64,000 bases of DNA from Deinococcus sp. (lineage in GTDB: Bacteria > Deinococcota > Deinococci > Deinococcales > Deinococcaceae): positions 2,528,001 through 2,592,000 of the forward strand of contig OZ253375.1 in assembly GCA_965261005.1 (NCBI GenBank), read 5' to 3'. Each line of letters begins with the position of its first letter. The stretch's first letter is position 1. The position numbers and the translations under genes were made by a program. This document shows positions 8,794 through 20,190 of the stretch, one piece after another. A model generated the notes under the pieces. It did no database searches and had not been told where the DNA came from. It was given only the letters and a program-made list of their open reading frames with translations.

Positions 8794-9603
8794 TCAAAAC
8801 CTGAGCCGGGTGTTGTCCATGCCGCCATCCACGTCGAGGACGCTGCCATGCACGAACTCCGCCTCGTCGGAAACGAGAAAACGCACGGCGTAAGCGATAT
8901 CAACGGGGCGAACCGGGCGGCCGGCGACGGTGCCGGCGGTCATGGCGTCCAGGGCCGCGCTGAAATCGGCGTTGCCCGGCGTCAACATGGCGCCTGGGGC
9001 CACCGTGTTGACCCGCACGCCCCTTGGCCCGTACTCCGCCGCCCAGTTGTGGGTCAGCTGCTCGATGGCGGCCTTGGAGGCCGTGTACATCGCGCCGTTG
9101 GCCGTCCCGATCCGGCCCATCCATGAGCTGATGTTGACGATGTGGCCCGAACCGCGCCCCGCCATGCCCGGCGCGGTGGCCCCCACCAGCACGTGCGGGG
9201 CGCGGATGTTGGTGTTGAGGATGGCGTCGAGGTCGCTGTCGGCCAGGGCCTCGGTGGGCGTCACCGGATAAACGCCCGCGTTGTTGACCAGAATGTCCAC
9301 CCGGCCCCCGAGCGCGTCAGTCGCCTCCCTGGCAAAATCGCGGAGAGCGTCATACGAGCCTGCCAGATCGGCGGAAACCGCGTGCGCCTTGCCGCCGGCC
9401 CGATTGATAGCGTCCACCACATGTTGGGCGCGGGCGGCGTCGCGGCCACTGACGACCACCTCGGCCCCCGAAGCGGCCAGCACGCGGGCGATGGCCTCGC
9501 CAATGCCGCTGGTCGAGCCGGTGACGATGGCTTTCTTGCCCATCAAACGGGTGTCCGTGGGGAGAGTAGAGAGGAGTTCTGAGTTGGTTTGTACGTTCTG
9601 CAT
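8794..9603 (-). CDS. SDR family oxidoreductase
   Basis: TGSTSGIG, NNAG, YTASK. Confidence 0.9.
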   Translation of the reverse strand: MQNVQTNSELLSTLPTDTRLMGKKAIVTGSTSGIGEAIARVLAASGAEVVVSGRDAARAQHVVDAINRAGGKAHAVSADLAGSYDALRDFAREATDALGGRVDILVNNAGVYPVTPTEALADSDLDAILNTNIRAPHVLVGATAPGMAGRGSGHIVNISSWMGRIGTANGAMYTASKAAIEQLTHNWAAEYGPRGVRVNTVAPGAMLTPGNADFSAALDAMTAGTVAGRPVRPVDIAYAVRFLVSDEAEFVHGSVLDVDGGMDNTRLRF

Positions 9604-9724
9604 GGTGGAACCTCCGGGCAAAAGGCCATAGATGAGCGCTGTCCGCCGATCAAAGCGGTTGCGTTTCACAACCAGTTGAACCTTACCCGAACTGGTGCGA
9701 TCATGCAAGCGGTGAGGCGCGACG

Positions 9725-10132
9725 ATGGTTGAAACAATCAGGTCAGGTTGTCCGGTGAGTTTGGGTCTGGACATCTTCGGCGACAAGTGGACGCTGCTGA
9801 TCGTGCGCGACTTGATGTTTAACGGTAAGCGCCACTTCCGCGAGCTGCTGGCCTCCGACGAGGGTATCTCCTCGAACATCCTGGCCGACCGGCTGAAAAT
9901 GCTGCTGGCAGAGGGCGTTATCACCAAGGCCGGGGACCCCAGCCACGCCCAGAAAGTGATCTACAGCCTGACCGAAAAGGGCATTGCGCTGCTGCCGATC
10001 TTGGTGCAGATCAGCGAGTGGAGCTTTCAATTCCGCCCGGTGGGGCAGCAATTCTTACGTCCAACAGAAGCCGCCGACGTTGAGGCGCAGATGGCCGAAC
10101 TGCGAAACGTGCATCTGGCGCGGCCTGCTTGA
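9725..10132 (+). CDS. HxlR family winged-helix regulator
   Basis: CPV...DIFGDKWTLLIVRDL...F.EL...GISSNIL..RLK...YSLTEKG; divergent from the SDR. Confidence 0.9.
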   Translation: MVETIRSGCPVSLGLDIFGDKWTLLIVRDLMFNGKRHFRELLASDEGISSNILADRLKMLLAEGVITKAGDPSHAQKVIYSLTEKGIALLPILVQISEWSFQFRPVGQQFLRPTEAADVEAQMAELRNVHLARPA

Positions 10133-10226
10133 GAACACCGTCAACTGGGTTGTGGCAGGGAAGCAAACTCTTCACTCAAGTTTAAGCCGTGTGCCCGCCC
10201 TCTTGAGCGGCTGATACAACCGGCTC

Positions 10227-10925
10227 ATGACCGATAACTTGTGGCTGTGGATCTACGTGGCAGCGATGGCCCTCGGCGCGCTGACCTTTTTCGTGATGAG
10301 CCGCGACCCGAGGGGCGTGCCGCAAAGCGAGTACCTGATCGCGCTGGCAATTCCGGTGTGGTCGGGCCTGGTGTACACCGCCCTCGCGCTCGGGCAGGGC
10401 CGCGTGGAGGTGGGCGCGCAGACGACCTACTACGCCCGCTACATCGACTGGATCGTGACCACGCCGCTGTTGCTGGTCGCGCTGGCGTTCACGGCCATGC
10501 ACGGCCAGCGCAAAAACGTGCCGCTGATCCTGTCGCTGGTCTTTGCCGACGTGGTGATGATCGCCTCGGGCTTGGTGGCGGACCTGTCGGTGGGGCCGGC
10601 GCGCACGGTGTGGTTCATCAACGGCGTCGTGGCCTTTGTGGTGGCCCTCGCGCTGATCTGGGGACCACTGTACGCCGTCGCCCGCGACAATGGCGGCGGG
10701 CCGGCTGGGGTCTTTCGCACGGCCGGCGCCGTGCTGACCGTCCTGTGGTTCGCCTATCCCATCATCTGGCTGCTGGGTCCCTCGGGCGTGGGCGCCATCA
10801 GTCAGGCGGCCGAGACGGTCCTGTTCGTGATCGTGCCGATTCTGTCCAAGGTCGGCTTCAGCTTGGTGGACTTGTCCGGCCTGCGCGGTCTGCACGCGCG
10901 TGAGCGCCGGGCAGCCATGAACTGA
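10227..10925 (+). CDS. microbial rhodopsin, xenorhodopsin type
   Basis: 7 hydrophobic segments; RYIDWIVTTPLLLVA (D-T-A at BR 85/89/96); helix G PILSKVGFSLVD with Pro at BR D212 and the retinal Lys. Confidence 0.88.
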   Translation: MTDNLWLWIYVAAMALGALTFFVMSRDPRGVPQSEYLIALAIPVWSGLVYTALALGQGRVEVGAQTTYYARYIDWIVTTPLLLVALAFTAMHGQRKNVPLILSLVFADVVMIASGLVADLSVGPARTVWFINGVVAFVVALALIWGPLYAVARDNGGGPAGVFRTAGAVLTVLWFAYPIIWLLGPSGVGAISQAAETVLFVIVPILSKVGFSLVDLSGLRGLHARERRAAMN

Positions 10926-10957
10926 ACAAAAAAAGCGACCGGGGGTGCGTCTCAGAT

Positions 10958-11197
10958 AAAAGGAGAATGCTGGGATAATGCTGTACAGAAGAGCTTTTTC
11001 TCAACTCTGAAGACCGAGCTTGATCTTTTCCAGGCGCGGGGAAGCCGTGCCCAGACGCGCAACGAGGTCTTTGAGTGGATTGAGGTGTTCTACAATCGGC
11101 AACGTCGTCATTCGTCGCTGGGCTACCGGTCTCCGGTGGCCTTTGAGGAGCAAGCCTTGAGACCGAACTGACACTCCACCAAACCCTTGCAATTTCA
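10958..11197 (+). mobile_element. IS3-family remnant (integrase-core C-terminus plus right end)
   Basis: KGECWDNAVQKSFFSTLKTE...WIEVFYNRQRRHSSLGYRSP; ends in ...GCAATTTCA. Confidence 0.8.
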
Positions 11198-11217
11198 CCC
11201 CCACACGGACACAGGTT

Positions 11218-11493
11218 CTATATCCGCACCTCTACCACCCGCGTCACCTGCTCCCGTGATGGGGGCTGCTTGTACGTGAACTGCCCCTGGCCGGCTTTGC
11301 GTCCGCTTTGCTGGGGATCGGCTTTAGATTCCTCACGGCTGTACGGCGCCACGTACTTTTTGCCGCAGCGTTCCAACTCCTCAATCCGCTGCTTGAGTCG
11401 GGCGTTCTTTGAACGCAGGGCTTGCACTTCCCTGGTCAACGCTCGGACCAGTTCCGGCAACTCCAACACCCTCGCCTCGCTCTCCCCAGACAC
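11218..11493 (-). pseudogene. IS66-like transposase N-terminal fragment
   Basis: Coiled coil followed by APYS...SGRKAGQG, typical of IS66 N-termini; no DDE domain. Confidence 0.5.
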
Positions 11494-11532
11494 GCCTTAC
11501 CTTAACTTCCTATCTCCCCCTGCGCTACCCCG

Positions 11533-12465
11533 CTAATCAAGTACGGCGGGAGCTTGTGGTACTGGGTCAAGCCACGGCAAAACCAACGCCCCAGAGAGCT
11601 TCCACAGCCGCTCCTGCGCGCCCTCGTCGGAGGCGACGCGGTTGGGCCGCGCGGGCTTTTGGTTGGCGAAGTACTTCCCGGTCACGTTCCGAACCTCCGG
11701 AGAGGTGGCGAGGTACAGGCTGGTCTGGGCGCCCCGTTGCGGGGTGAGCGCAAAGTTCCTCAGAAAGCGCAAAAAGATTTTGTCGAAACCGGTGGAACTG
11801 CCGCCAAAGCCAGAAGCGATCAGGCCCGGATGCACTGAATTGCTGGTCACGCCTGTTCCCTTGAGCTTGCGGGCCAAGGTGTTGGCGAACAGCACGTTCA
11901 TCAGCTTGCTTTGGTTGTAGGCGGCCCAGCTGAAATAGCCGGAGTTGAATTGCGGGTCGTCCCAGCGCATTCTGCCCATGTTGTTGGCCGACGAGGAGAC
12001 GCTGAGAACGCGGGCCTCGCCGCGCGCCTTGGCCGCCGCCTTCAAGCTCGGCAGCAGCAAGTCGGTAAGCAAAAAATATGCCAGGTGGTTGAAGGCGAAG
12101 GTGTACTCAAAGCCGTCCACCGTTTCGCGGCGCTCAGGGAAGATGCCGCCCGCGTTGTTGATGAGGACGTCGAGCGTGGGATGCTGGGCGAGGACTTCGA
12201 GGGCGATGCGGCGCACGTCCGCCATGCTGGACAAGTCACCGACGTAGAGTTCCAGCGCGCCGTTCCCCGTCTGCGCCCGGATTTCGTCCAGCACCTGCCG
12301 ACCCTTTGCGGCGTCGCGGGAAGTCAGGAGCACCCGGCAGCCCTGCCGCGCGAGTTCCAACGCCGTAACTTTGCCGATGCCGCCCGTCGCGCCGGTGACG
12401 AGGGCGGTCTTTTGCGAAACCGAAGTCCCACTGCCTTGAGCCAAATTCCGTGTCTGGTCGCGCAT
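11533..12465 (-). CDS. SDR oxidoreductase (retinol-dehydrogenase-like subgroup)
   Basis: TGATGGIG, NNAG, FAFNHLAYFLLT, YNQSK, HPG, GAQTSLYLA. Confidence 0.88.
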   Translation of the reverse strand: MRDQTRNLAQGSGTSVSQKTALVTGATGGIGKVTALELARQGCRVLLTSRDAAKGRQVLDEIRAQTGNGALELYVGDLSSMADVRRIALEVLAQHPTLDVLINNAGGIFPERRETVDGFEYTFAFNHLAYFLLTDLLLPSLKAAAKARGEARVLSVSSSANNMGRMRWDDPQFNSGYFSWAAYNQSKLMNVLFANTLARKLKGTGVTSNSVHPGLIASGFGGSSTGFDKIFLRFLRNFALTPQRGAQTSLYLATSPEVRNVTGKYFANQKPARPNRVASDEGAQERLWKLSGALVLPWLDPVPQAPAVLD

Positions 12466-12490
12466 CGCTCAACCTCCCTATTGACTTCAT

Positions 12491-12575
12491 AAACAACCGG
12501 TTGGTTGCTGAGACCAAGGATAAGGCGTGGCGTGGCTCAATGTCAAGTAACCGGTTGGTTGAATCTACCAACCTG
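12491..12575. promoter_or_regulatory. putative TetR operators in divergent promoter
   Basis: AACCGGTTGGTTG twice (12495-12507 and 12549-12561) plus an ACCAACC half-site. Confidence 0.6.
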
Positions 12576-12587
12576 TATATTGAGGCC

Positions 12588-13145
12588 GTGAAACGCGACG
12601 CCCAAGCCACCAAGCAGCGCATTTTCGAGGCGGCCACGGCGGAGTTTGCCCGGTACGGCATTGCCGGGGCGCGAATCGACCGAATTGCCAAGGCTTCTGG
12701 CAGCAACAAGGCCATGATCTACGCTTATTTCGGCAGCAAGGACGAACTGTTCGATGCGGTGGGCCTGGAGCAGCTCGGTCGCCACATGAACGACGTGCCC
12801 CTCGATGTCCACGATTTGCCGGAGTACGCCGCCAAGCTGGTTGACCATTACCGCCAGCACCCGGACATCATGCGGCTGGTCACCTGGGCCAAGCTGGAGC
12901 GCGGGCCGGAAGCCGCCAACATCAACGGCATCGTGGAGTCGTACCAGCGCAAGGTCGAGGCGATTGCCCAGGCCCAGCGTGAAGGCGTGGTCAGCGACCA
13001 CTTTTCGGCAGTGATGCTGCTGGAGTTGATTTCGGCGCTCGTCCAGACCAACGCCGACCTGAGCGCCGACCCCACTGATCCCGCCGAGCCGCAGCGGCGC
13101 AAGCAGGCCGTCAAGGAGGCGGTGACGCTGCTCACACGACCATAA
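12588..13145 (+). CDS. TetR family regulator
   Basis: IFEAATAEFARYGIAGARIDRIAKASGSNKAMIYAYFGSKDELF HTH. Confidence 0.92.
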   Translation: MKRDAQATKQRIFEAATAEFARYGIAGARIDRIAKASGSNKAMIYAYFGSKDELFDAVGLEQLGRHMNDVPLDVHDLPEYAAKLVDHYRQHPDIMRLVTWAKLERGPEAANINGIVESYQRKVEAIAQAQREGVVSDHFSAVMLLELISALVQTNADLSADPTDPAEPQRRKQAVKEAVTLLTRP

Positions 13146-13215
13146 GCCCTGCCTCGAATGGACCAGCCGAAGAAGGTTGCACTCCCCCCGGCCAGGCGCT
13201 ACCTTACTCGGTGCT

Positions 13216-13307
<92 letters not shown>

Positions 13308-13309
13308 AA

Positions 13310-13333
13310 GGGCGCCCCGACTGCGGGGCGCCC
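13310..13333. terminator. hairpin between tRNA and convergent gene
   Basis: GGGCGCCCCG-actg-CGGGGCGCCC. Confidence 0.6.
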
Positions 13334-13338
13334 TCACT

Positions 13339-13929
13339 TCACCGTGCCATCCCCTGGTACTCCTCGTTCGGCACCAGGGCGGTGGCGTTGGCGAGGCGGT
13401 TGGTGAAGTTGAACATGGCGGCGACCTGGGCCACGTCGAAGATGCCCTCGTCGGTCAGGCCGGCCGCGTGCAGGGCGTCCAAGTCCTCGGGCGTCACCTT
13501 GTCCGAGTCGGTGGTCAGCTTGAGGGCGAAGGCGAGGACGGCGCGCTCCAGCGGGGAGAAGCGCTGATCGTGCAGGGCGTGGTAGGGGTTGCTTTGGAGG
13601 GCGTGGGCCAGGTGGGGGTCGCGGCCCTCCTCCTGGAGGGCCAGGCGCAAAAAGGCCGGGTGGGTGGTGCCGCAGTACACGCAGCGGTTGACGCTGGACA
13701 CGGCCACCGCGATCATCTCGCGCTGGGCGCGGGTCAGGGCGGACTCGCCCTGCATGATCAGGTCGTAGTGGGCGCGCCAGCGGACCAGCGCCTCCGGCCG
13801 CAGCGCCCAGCCGCGCAGGACGTTGGGCACGAAACCGAACTTCTCCTCGGCGGTGTTCATCAAGCTCTGGGCGTCCTCGGGAAGGTCGGCGCGCTCGGGC
13901 ACGGTCAGGGCAGAGATGGGATGGGTCAT
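13339..13929 (-). CDS. AhpD/CMD-like peroxidase-related enzyme
   Basis: FGFVPNV, REMIAVAVSSVNRCVYC, FNFTNRLA. Confidence 0.85.
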   Translation of the reverse strand: MTHPISALTVPERADLPEDAQSLMNTAEEKFGFVPNVLRGWALRPEALVRWRAHYDLIMQGESALTRAQREMIAVAVSSVNRCVYCGTTHPAFLRLALQEEGRDPHLAHALQSNPYHALHDQRFSPLERAVLAFALKLTTDSDKVTPEDLDALHAAGLTDEGIFDVAQVAAMFNFTNRLANATALVPNEEYQGMAR

Positions 13930-14014
13930 GGCCCCACTATGCCGCGCCAAGCTGGCACATTTATAAAGAGGCTTTTATCTAGAACTCACACTGTTTTTAT
14001 GCGACAGTGAGGAC

Positions 14015-14563
14015 ATGTGGCGTCTTACCTTCGTTTCGCTTCTGCTGCTGGGCATGGCGGGGGCCGCGCCGCCTCGCGCCTACCTGCCGGGCCTCGCCTA
14101 CGCCCATCAGACCTACAACAACTGCGGCCCGGCGGCCCTGAGCAGCGTGCTGGGCTACTACAAGCTGAACGTCAGCCAGGAGGTGCTGCGCCAATACCTG
14201 CGCCCGGCCGGGGGCTACATGACAGCGGACGTGATTGACCCCTTCGTGCGGCAGTTCGGCTTGCGGGCGACGCGCTTCGCCAATGGCAACGTGGGCGCGG
14301 TGAAGCGGCTGGTGGGGGCGGGCATTCCGGTGATCGTGTTGCAGTGGCTGGGTCGCGCGACGGGCGACGTGCCCCACTTCCGGGTGGTGCGCGGCTACGA
14401 CGACGCGGCCGGCGTGCTGTGGGTGGCCGACAGCATGATCGCCGAGAACGCCTACGTGTCCTATGCCGACTTCGACACCCTCTGGAACACCCAGGGGCGC
14501 CTGATGATCCCGGTGTATCCGGCGGGCGACGAGGCGCGGGTGCGCCGGCTGGTCGGGCTTTAA
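14015..14563 (+). CDS. exported C39-like cysteine peptidase
   Basis: Signal peptide; QTYNNCGPA, HFRVVRGYD. Confidence 0.75.
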   Translation: MWRLTFVSLLLLGMAGAAPPRAYLPGLAYAHQTYNNCGPAALSSVLGYYKLNVSQEVLRQYLRPAGGYMTADVIDPFVRQFGLRATRFANGNVGAVKRLVGAGIPVIVLQWLGRATGDVPHFRVVRGYDDAAGVLWVADSMIAENAYVSYADFDTLWNTQGRLMIPVYPAGDEARVRRLVGL

Positions 14564-14667
14564 AGAGCGTTCACAACAGGCCGCAAAGGTGGGCCGGGCG
14601 ACCCCGCCCGGCCTACTCCTTTGGGTAGATTGGCGGGAAGGCCGCCAAAGCGGCGAAAGGAGCGAGC

Positions 14668-16236
<1,569 letters not shown>

Positions 16237-16314
16237 GCGGAGGACGAGGCTACATGGCGGGCCGTCTCAGGACGGCCCGCAACTTTCCCGCCATTCGCGC
16301 GTATACAGTGGCGT

Positions 16315-16869
16315 ATGCTTCCCCTCGTTCAGCAGGTGCTCCAGAACTTTCGCTTCGACATTGACCCGGCCAAGACCCGCGAGGAGAACGTCGAGGACGT
16401 GATCAAGTCCTCGGCGCTGCTGGCGGGCGCCATCGCCGTCGAGCCGATTCCCTTTGCCGACGTGCTGCTGATCACCCCCGTGCAGGCCAAGATGGTGCTG
16501 CACATCGGCAAAATTTACGGCTTCGAGCTGGACCCCGCCCGCGCCGCCGAGATCGTGCGCGAACTCGGCGCGACGGTCGCCTACGGCTTCGCGGCCCGCC
16601 AGATCATGCGCGGCGTCGCCAAGATCGTGGCGCCAATCATCGGCGGCGTGATCACCGCGCCGCTGGTGTACGGCTGGACCTTCGGCCTCGGCCGCTTGGC
16701 CGAGCGCTACTTTCAGCGCAAGACCCAGGGCCTGACCTTTACCAAGGTCGAGCAGAAGCAGTACGCCCGCCAAGCGCTGCCGAAGGAGACGCCCAGCGTG
16801 AACGCCCTGAGCGACTTCGCGCGCGAGCTGCGCGCCCGCGCCGAGAAGCGCGACAAGGACGTGAACTGA
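16315..16869 (+). CDS. YcjF/DUF697-like protein
   Basis: AVEPIPFAD...[15 protein letters not shown]. Confidence 0.7.
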   Translation: MLPLVQQVLQNFRFDIDPAKTREENVEDVIKSSALLAGAIAVEPIPFADVLLITPVQAKMVLHIGKIYGFELDPARAAEIVRELGATVAYGFAARQIMRGVAKIVAPIIGGVITAPLVYGWTFGLGRLAERYFQRKTQGLTFTKVEQKQYARQALPKETPSVNALSDFARELRARAEKRDKDVN

Positions 16870-16959
16870 GCCGACAGGGCTTTGAGCCGGCCCTGAAAAG
16901 TGTAGGCGGCTTTACACATTTCTCATCGAAGAGTCCCGGTCAGCTTTCAGACTGGGCTT

Positions 16960-17490
16960 ATGAAACACCTTTTATTTCCGACGACCGCCCAAGCCGACGC
17001 CTTCGTTCAAGACCTGCAATCGCAGGGCGTGATTCGCCCCGAGCAGGGGCAGAGCACCTTCGCCCGCCAAGGTACGCCGACCACGGGCATGACGTCCACC
17101 GGCGGCATGAGCACCACGTCCAGGGACGCCGCCTACAACACGGCTGACCCCGCCGCCGAGGAGGCGGGCGAGGGCGCCGTTGAAGGTACCGGCGTCGGCG
17201 CGGTGGTCGGCGCGGTCGCGGGCGTGATCGCCACGGCGGCCACCGGCGGCGCGGCGGCCATTCCGATTCTGCTCGGCATGACCGCCCTCGGCTCAGGCGT
17301 GGGCGCGGGCGTGGGCGCCATTGGCGGCGCGGTGGACGCCGACGCGGACGGCTACACCTACACCGACGACCAGTACGACCGCATCAACAACGGCATGGCC
17401 TCGGGTGGGCGCGCCATCGCCGTGGACGACTCAGTGCCGGCGGACGTGGTCGAGGCCGCCGCCCGCAGGCACGGGGGCGAGTTCGTTTAA
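16960..17490 (+). CDS. hypothetical membrane protein with glycine-zipper (general-stress-like)
   Basis: GxxxG repeats GTGVGAVVGAVAG...GAGVGAIGG. Confidence 0.65.
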   Translation: MKHLLFPTTAQADAFVQDLQSQGVIRPEQGQSTFARQGTPTTGMTSTGGMSTTSRDAAYNTADPAAEEAGEGAVEGTGVGAVVGAVAGVIATAATGGAAAIPILLGMTALGSGVGAGVGAIGGAVDADADGYTYTDDQYDRINNGMASGGRAIAVDDSVPADVVEAAARRHGGEFV

Positions 17491-17538
17491 AAAAACTTCA
17501 GGTGGGGCCGGGACGAAGAACATTCGTCCCGGTCTTTT

Positions 17539-18486
17539 TTAGGGATTGGCGGCGCCGCGCTCTCCCAGCAGCTCGAAGGTCACGCTGCCGGCCAGCGTTT
17601 CCCCCGGCGCCAGCGCCGTGAAGCCGGTGCCCGGCACGCCCGCCTCGTGCAGGTTGAAAGCGTTGGTGGCGTGGCTGACCGGCTCGACGGCCAAGCTGCC
17701 GTCCGGCGCCGTGAACACGACCAGGTGTGAAAAGACCGGGCTGGCGCGCAGGACCAGCTGGTAAGGGGCGCCGTAACCGAGCGTCACCGCGCCCCCAGCG
17801 TCCCCGTAGCCGGTGTTGAGCTGCTGAGCGCCGACGGGCCGCCCCCGCGTGAAGTCGAGGTCGCTCGGGATGGCCTGCATCGGTCCCTCAGGAATAAAGC
17901 TGTCGTCCGTGGGGTAGAAGCCGCCCGCCTCAAAGGCGAGGTCCACGTCCCGCGCCCCCGCGAAGTGCCGGTTGAAGTAGGGATGCAGCCCGAAGCCGAA
18001 GGGGGCGCGCACGGCGTCCAGGTTGGTCAGTGCGAGCGTCTGGGTCAGGGTGTTGTGCGCCAATAGGTAGGTTGTCCTGAGGGAAAAGGCAAAGGGGTAG
18101 TTGAGGTCCGGCGCGGCGCGCGAATCGAAGGTGTACTCGGCGCGCGTCCCCGACACGTCCAGCGTCTCGTGCGGACGGTTCCGCACGTCGCCGTGCTGGG
18201 TGGTGCCGTCTGGCGCGGTGGGGCGCAGGCGGTACTCGCGCCCCTCCCAGCGAAAGGCCGCTCCCGGCAGGCGGTTGCTGAAGGGCGCCAGCGTGAAGCT
18301 CGCCAGCGGCGAGGCGCTGTGAGCAGCCAAGGCTCCCGCCAACATCTCGGGGCTGGTGTGGCGCAGCAGGGATTGCCACGCGCCGTTCACCCGCGCGGCG
18401 AGGTTGACCACGCTGGCGCCCAGCTCCGGGCAGAGTTCCAGTCGTAAACTTGGGGTTTCGAGCAGGTGCAAATTGGGGGCGGGCAT
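17539..18486 (-). CDS. aldose 1-epimerase family protein
   Basis: PFSNRL, HG, GLHPYF, AVEP. Confidence 0.85.
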   Translation of the reverse strand: MPAPNLHLLETPSLRLELCPELGASVVNLAARVNGAWQSLLRHTSPEMLAGALAAHSASPLASFTLAPFSNRLPGAAFRWEGREYRLRPTAPDGTTQHGDVRNRPHETLDVSGTRAEYTFDSRAAPDLNYPFAFSLRTTYLLAHNTLTQTLALTNLDAVRAPFGFGLHPYFNRHFAGARDVDLAFEAGGFYPTDDSFIPEGPMQAIPSDLDFTRGRPVGAQQLNTGYGDAGGAVTLGYGAPYQLVLRASPVFSHLVVFTAPDGSLAVEPVSHATNAFNLHEAGVPGTGFTALAPGETLAGSVTFELLGERGAANP

Positions 18487-18718
18487 GCCCAGATGCTACC
18501 CGGCTTGGTGGGTTGGGCGGCTTGGGGCACAATGCGCTATGCAGAGCGTTTCCTCAGACGAAAGCGCCGCCCACGCGCTGCTGCACTCACTGATCCCCCT
18601 CAGCTTTCTGGGCCTGACCGTGATTCCGAGCCTGAAGCTGACGCCGGACGATCTGTTTGACGTGGGGGCGGGGGGATTCCTGGGCACGTGAGGGCGATCT
18701 CAACGGTTGGAAAATCCG

Positions 18719-18747
18719 GTAGGGGAGGGTTTCAAACCCTCCCCTAC
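18719..18747. terminator. perfect inverted repeat, likely terminator
   Basis: GTAGGGGAGGGTTT-c-AAACCCTCCCCTAC. Confidence 0.65.
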
Positions 18748-18771
18748 GCCCGCGTGTTCGGTTTGGGACCC

Positions 18772-19152
18772 TTACTTCTCGCCCTCTAATTTATGATCCC
18801 GTTTCGGGCCGCCGTCGAAGCCGCCCGAGCCGCCCACGCGCGGCCCCCGCACCTCGCCCCCCGCGTCGTCGTTGGGGTCGGCCAGACGGGCGGTGCTGTC
18901 CTCGGGACCCTCGCCGGTCACCACGCTGAAGTCGGAGATGCTGCCCTGAATGCCGTCTTGAAAGCCCGGCTCGTCGTTGACATTGGTCATCTCGGTGTTT
19001 TCTTCCATGCGGTACAGGCGCGCGTTCTCGAAGATTTCCTCACGGATTTCTCCCGGCACGCCCTCGTCCACGATCATGCCCATGCCCTCCTGCTGGATGC
19101 GGGCCTCGTCGGGGCTTTGCGGATTCTCCGTCTGGTCGTCCTGGTCGGTCAT
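18772..19152 (-). CDS. hypothetical acidic, likely disordered protein
   Basis: 126-aa D/E/G-rich ORF with host-like codon use. Confidence 0.65.
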   Translation of the reverse strand: MTDQDDQTENPQSPDEARIQQEGMGMIVDEGVPGEIREEIFENARLYRMEENTEMTNVNDEPGFQDGIQGSISDFSVVTGEGPEDSTARLADPNDDAGGEVRGPRVGGSGGFDGGPKRDHKLEGEK

Positions 19153-19248
19153 GGGGTGAGTCTAGGCGCCCGCGTCTGACCCCTGTGCTGACCCCTGTGA
19201 AAAAGAGCTTGCGGCAAGATTAAGCTCCTCGCACCTTATGCTGTCCGC

Positions 19249-20169
19249 ATGGAACTGCGCCAACTGCGCCACTTCGTCGCCCTGGCCGAGGAGGGCCACT
19301 TCGGCCGCGCCGCCGAGCGCGTCTTCGTGGTGCAGCAGGCCCTCAGCGGCTCGATTCGCAAGCTGGAGGACGAGTTGGGCGTGCGCCTGTTCGAGCGCAC
19401 CACCCGCAGCGTGCGCCTGACCCCGGCCGGCGGCGAGTTTTTGCTGAGCGCGCGCCAGGTGCTCTCGGACCTGGAGGGCGGCGTCGTGCGCGCCCGGCGG
19501 GCCGCGCGGGGGGAGGTCGGGCGCCTGACGGTGGGCTTCGTGAGCGGCCTGGCCTTTGGCGGCCTGCCCGAGGTGGTGCGGACCTTTCGCGCCCGCTTTC
19601 CGGGCGTGACGGTGGACTTGCAAGAACTCACCGCCGCCGAGCAGGAGGACGCGCTGCGGGCCGGGCGCATTGACGTGGGCTTCGTGCTGCTGCCCGTGCG
19701 TGACCCAGCCCTGGCGCGCGAGGCGCTGTGGCGCCAAGAATTGGTGGTCGCGCTGCCGGAGGGGCATGCGCTGGCGGCGCGCGAGGTGGTGCGCGTCTCG
19801 GACCTGGAGCACGAGCCGTTCGTGTTTTTCCCGCGCTACCTGCGCGCCGCCTACTTCGATCAGGTGATGGCGCTGTGCACGGCCGCCGGCTTTCAGCCGC
19901 GCATCGTGCAGGAGGCCATCGAGGTGCCCACCCTGCTGAGCCTGGTCGCGGCGGGTATCGGGGTCTTTTTGCCCATCCGCTTTTTTGCGCGCCTCCAATT
20001 GCCCGGCGTGACCTACCGCCCGCTGGAGCAGGCCCCCCTGATCGAGATTGACGCCGTGTGGCGCCGCGCCGACCCCTCGCCGGTGGTGGAGCGCTTTCTG
20101 GCGGTCGGGCGCGAGGTGCTGGCTGTCAATGGGCTGGGAACGGACGTGCTGGGCGACCGGCCGGCGTAG
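19249..20169 (+). CDS. LysR family regulator
   Basis: [22 protein letters not shown]...[12 protein letters not shown]. Confidence 0.95.
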   Translation: MELRQLRHFVALAEEGHFGRAAERVFVVQQALSGSIRKLEDELGVRLFERTTRSVRLTPAGGEFLLSARQVLSDLEGGVVRARRAARGEVGRLTVGFVSGLAFGGLPEVVRTFRARFPGVTVDLQELTAAEQEDALRAGRIDVGFVLLPVRDPALAREALWRQELVVALPEGHALAAREVVRVSDLEHEPFVFFPRYLRAAYFDQVMALCTAAGFQPRIVQEAIEVPTLLSLVAAGIGVFLPIRFFARLQLPGVTYRPLEQAPLIEIDAVWRRADPSPVVERFLAVGREVLAVNGLGTDVLGDRPA

Positions 20170-20190
20170 CTTTCGCCGCTATGATGCCTC

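Noticed and set aside
11533..12465. Retinol-dehydrogenase-like SDR as retinal supplier for the opsin
   Set aside because: Very common SDR subgroup with its own TetR regulator, separated from the opsin by IS debris
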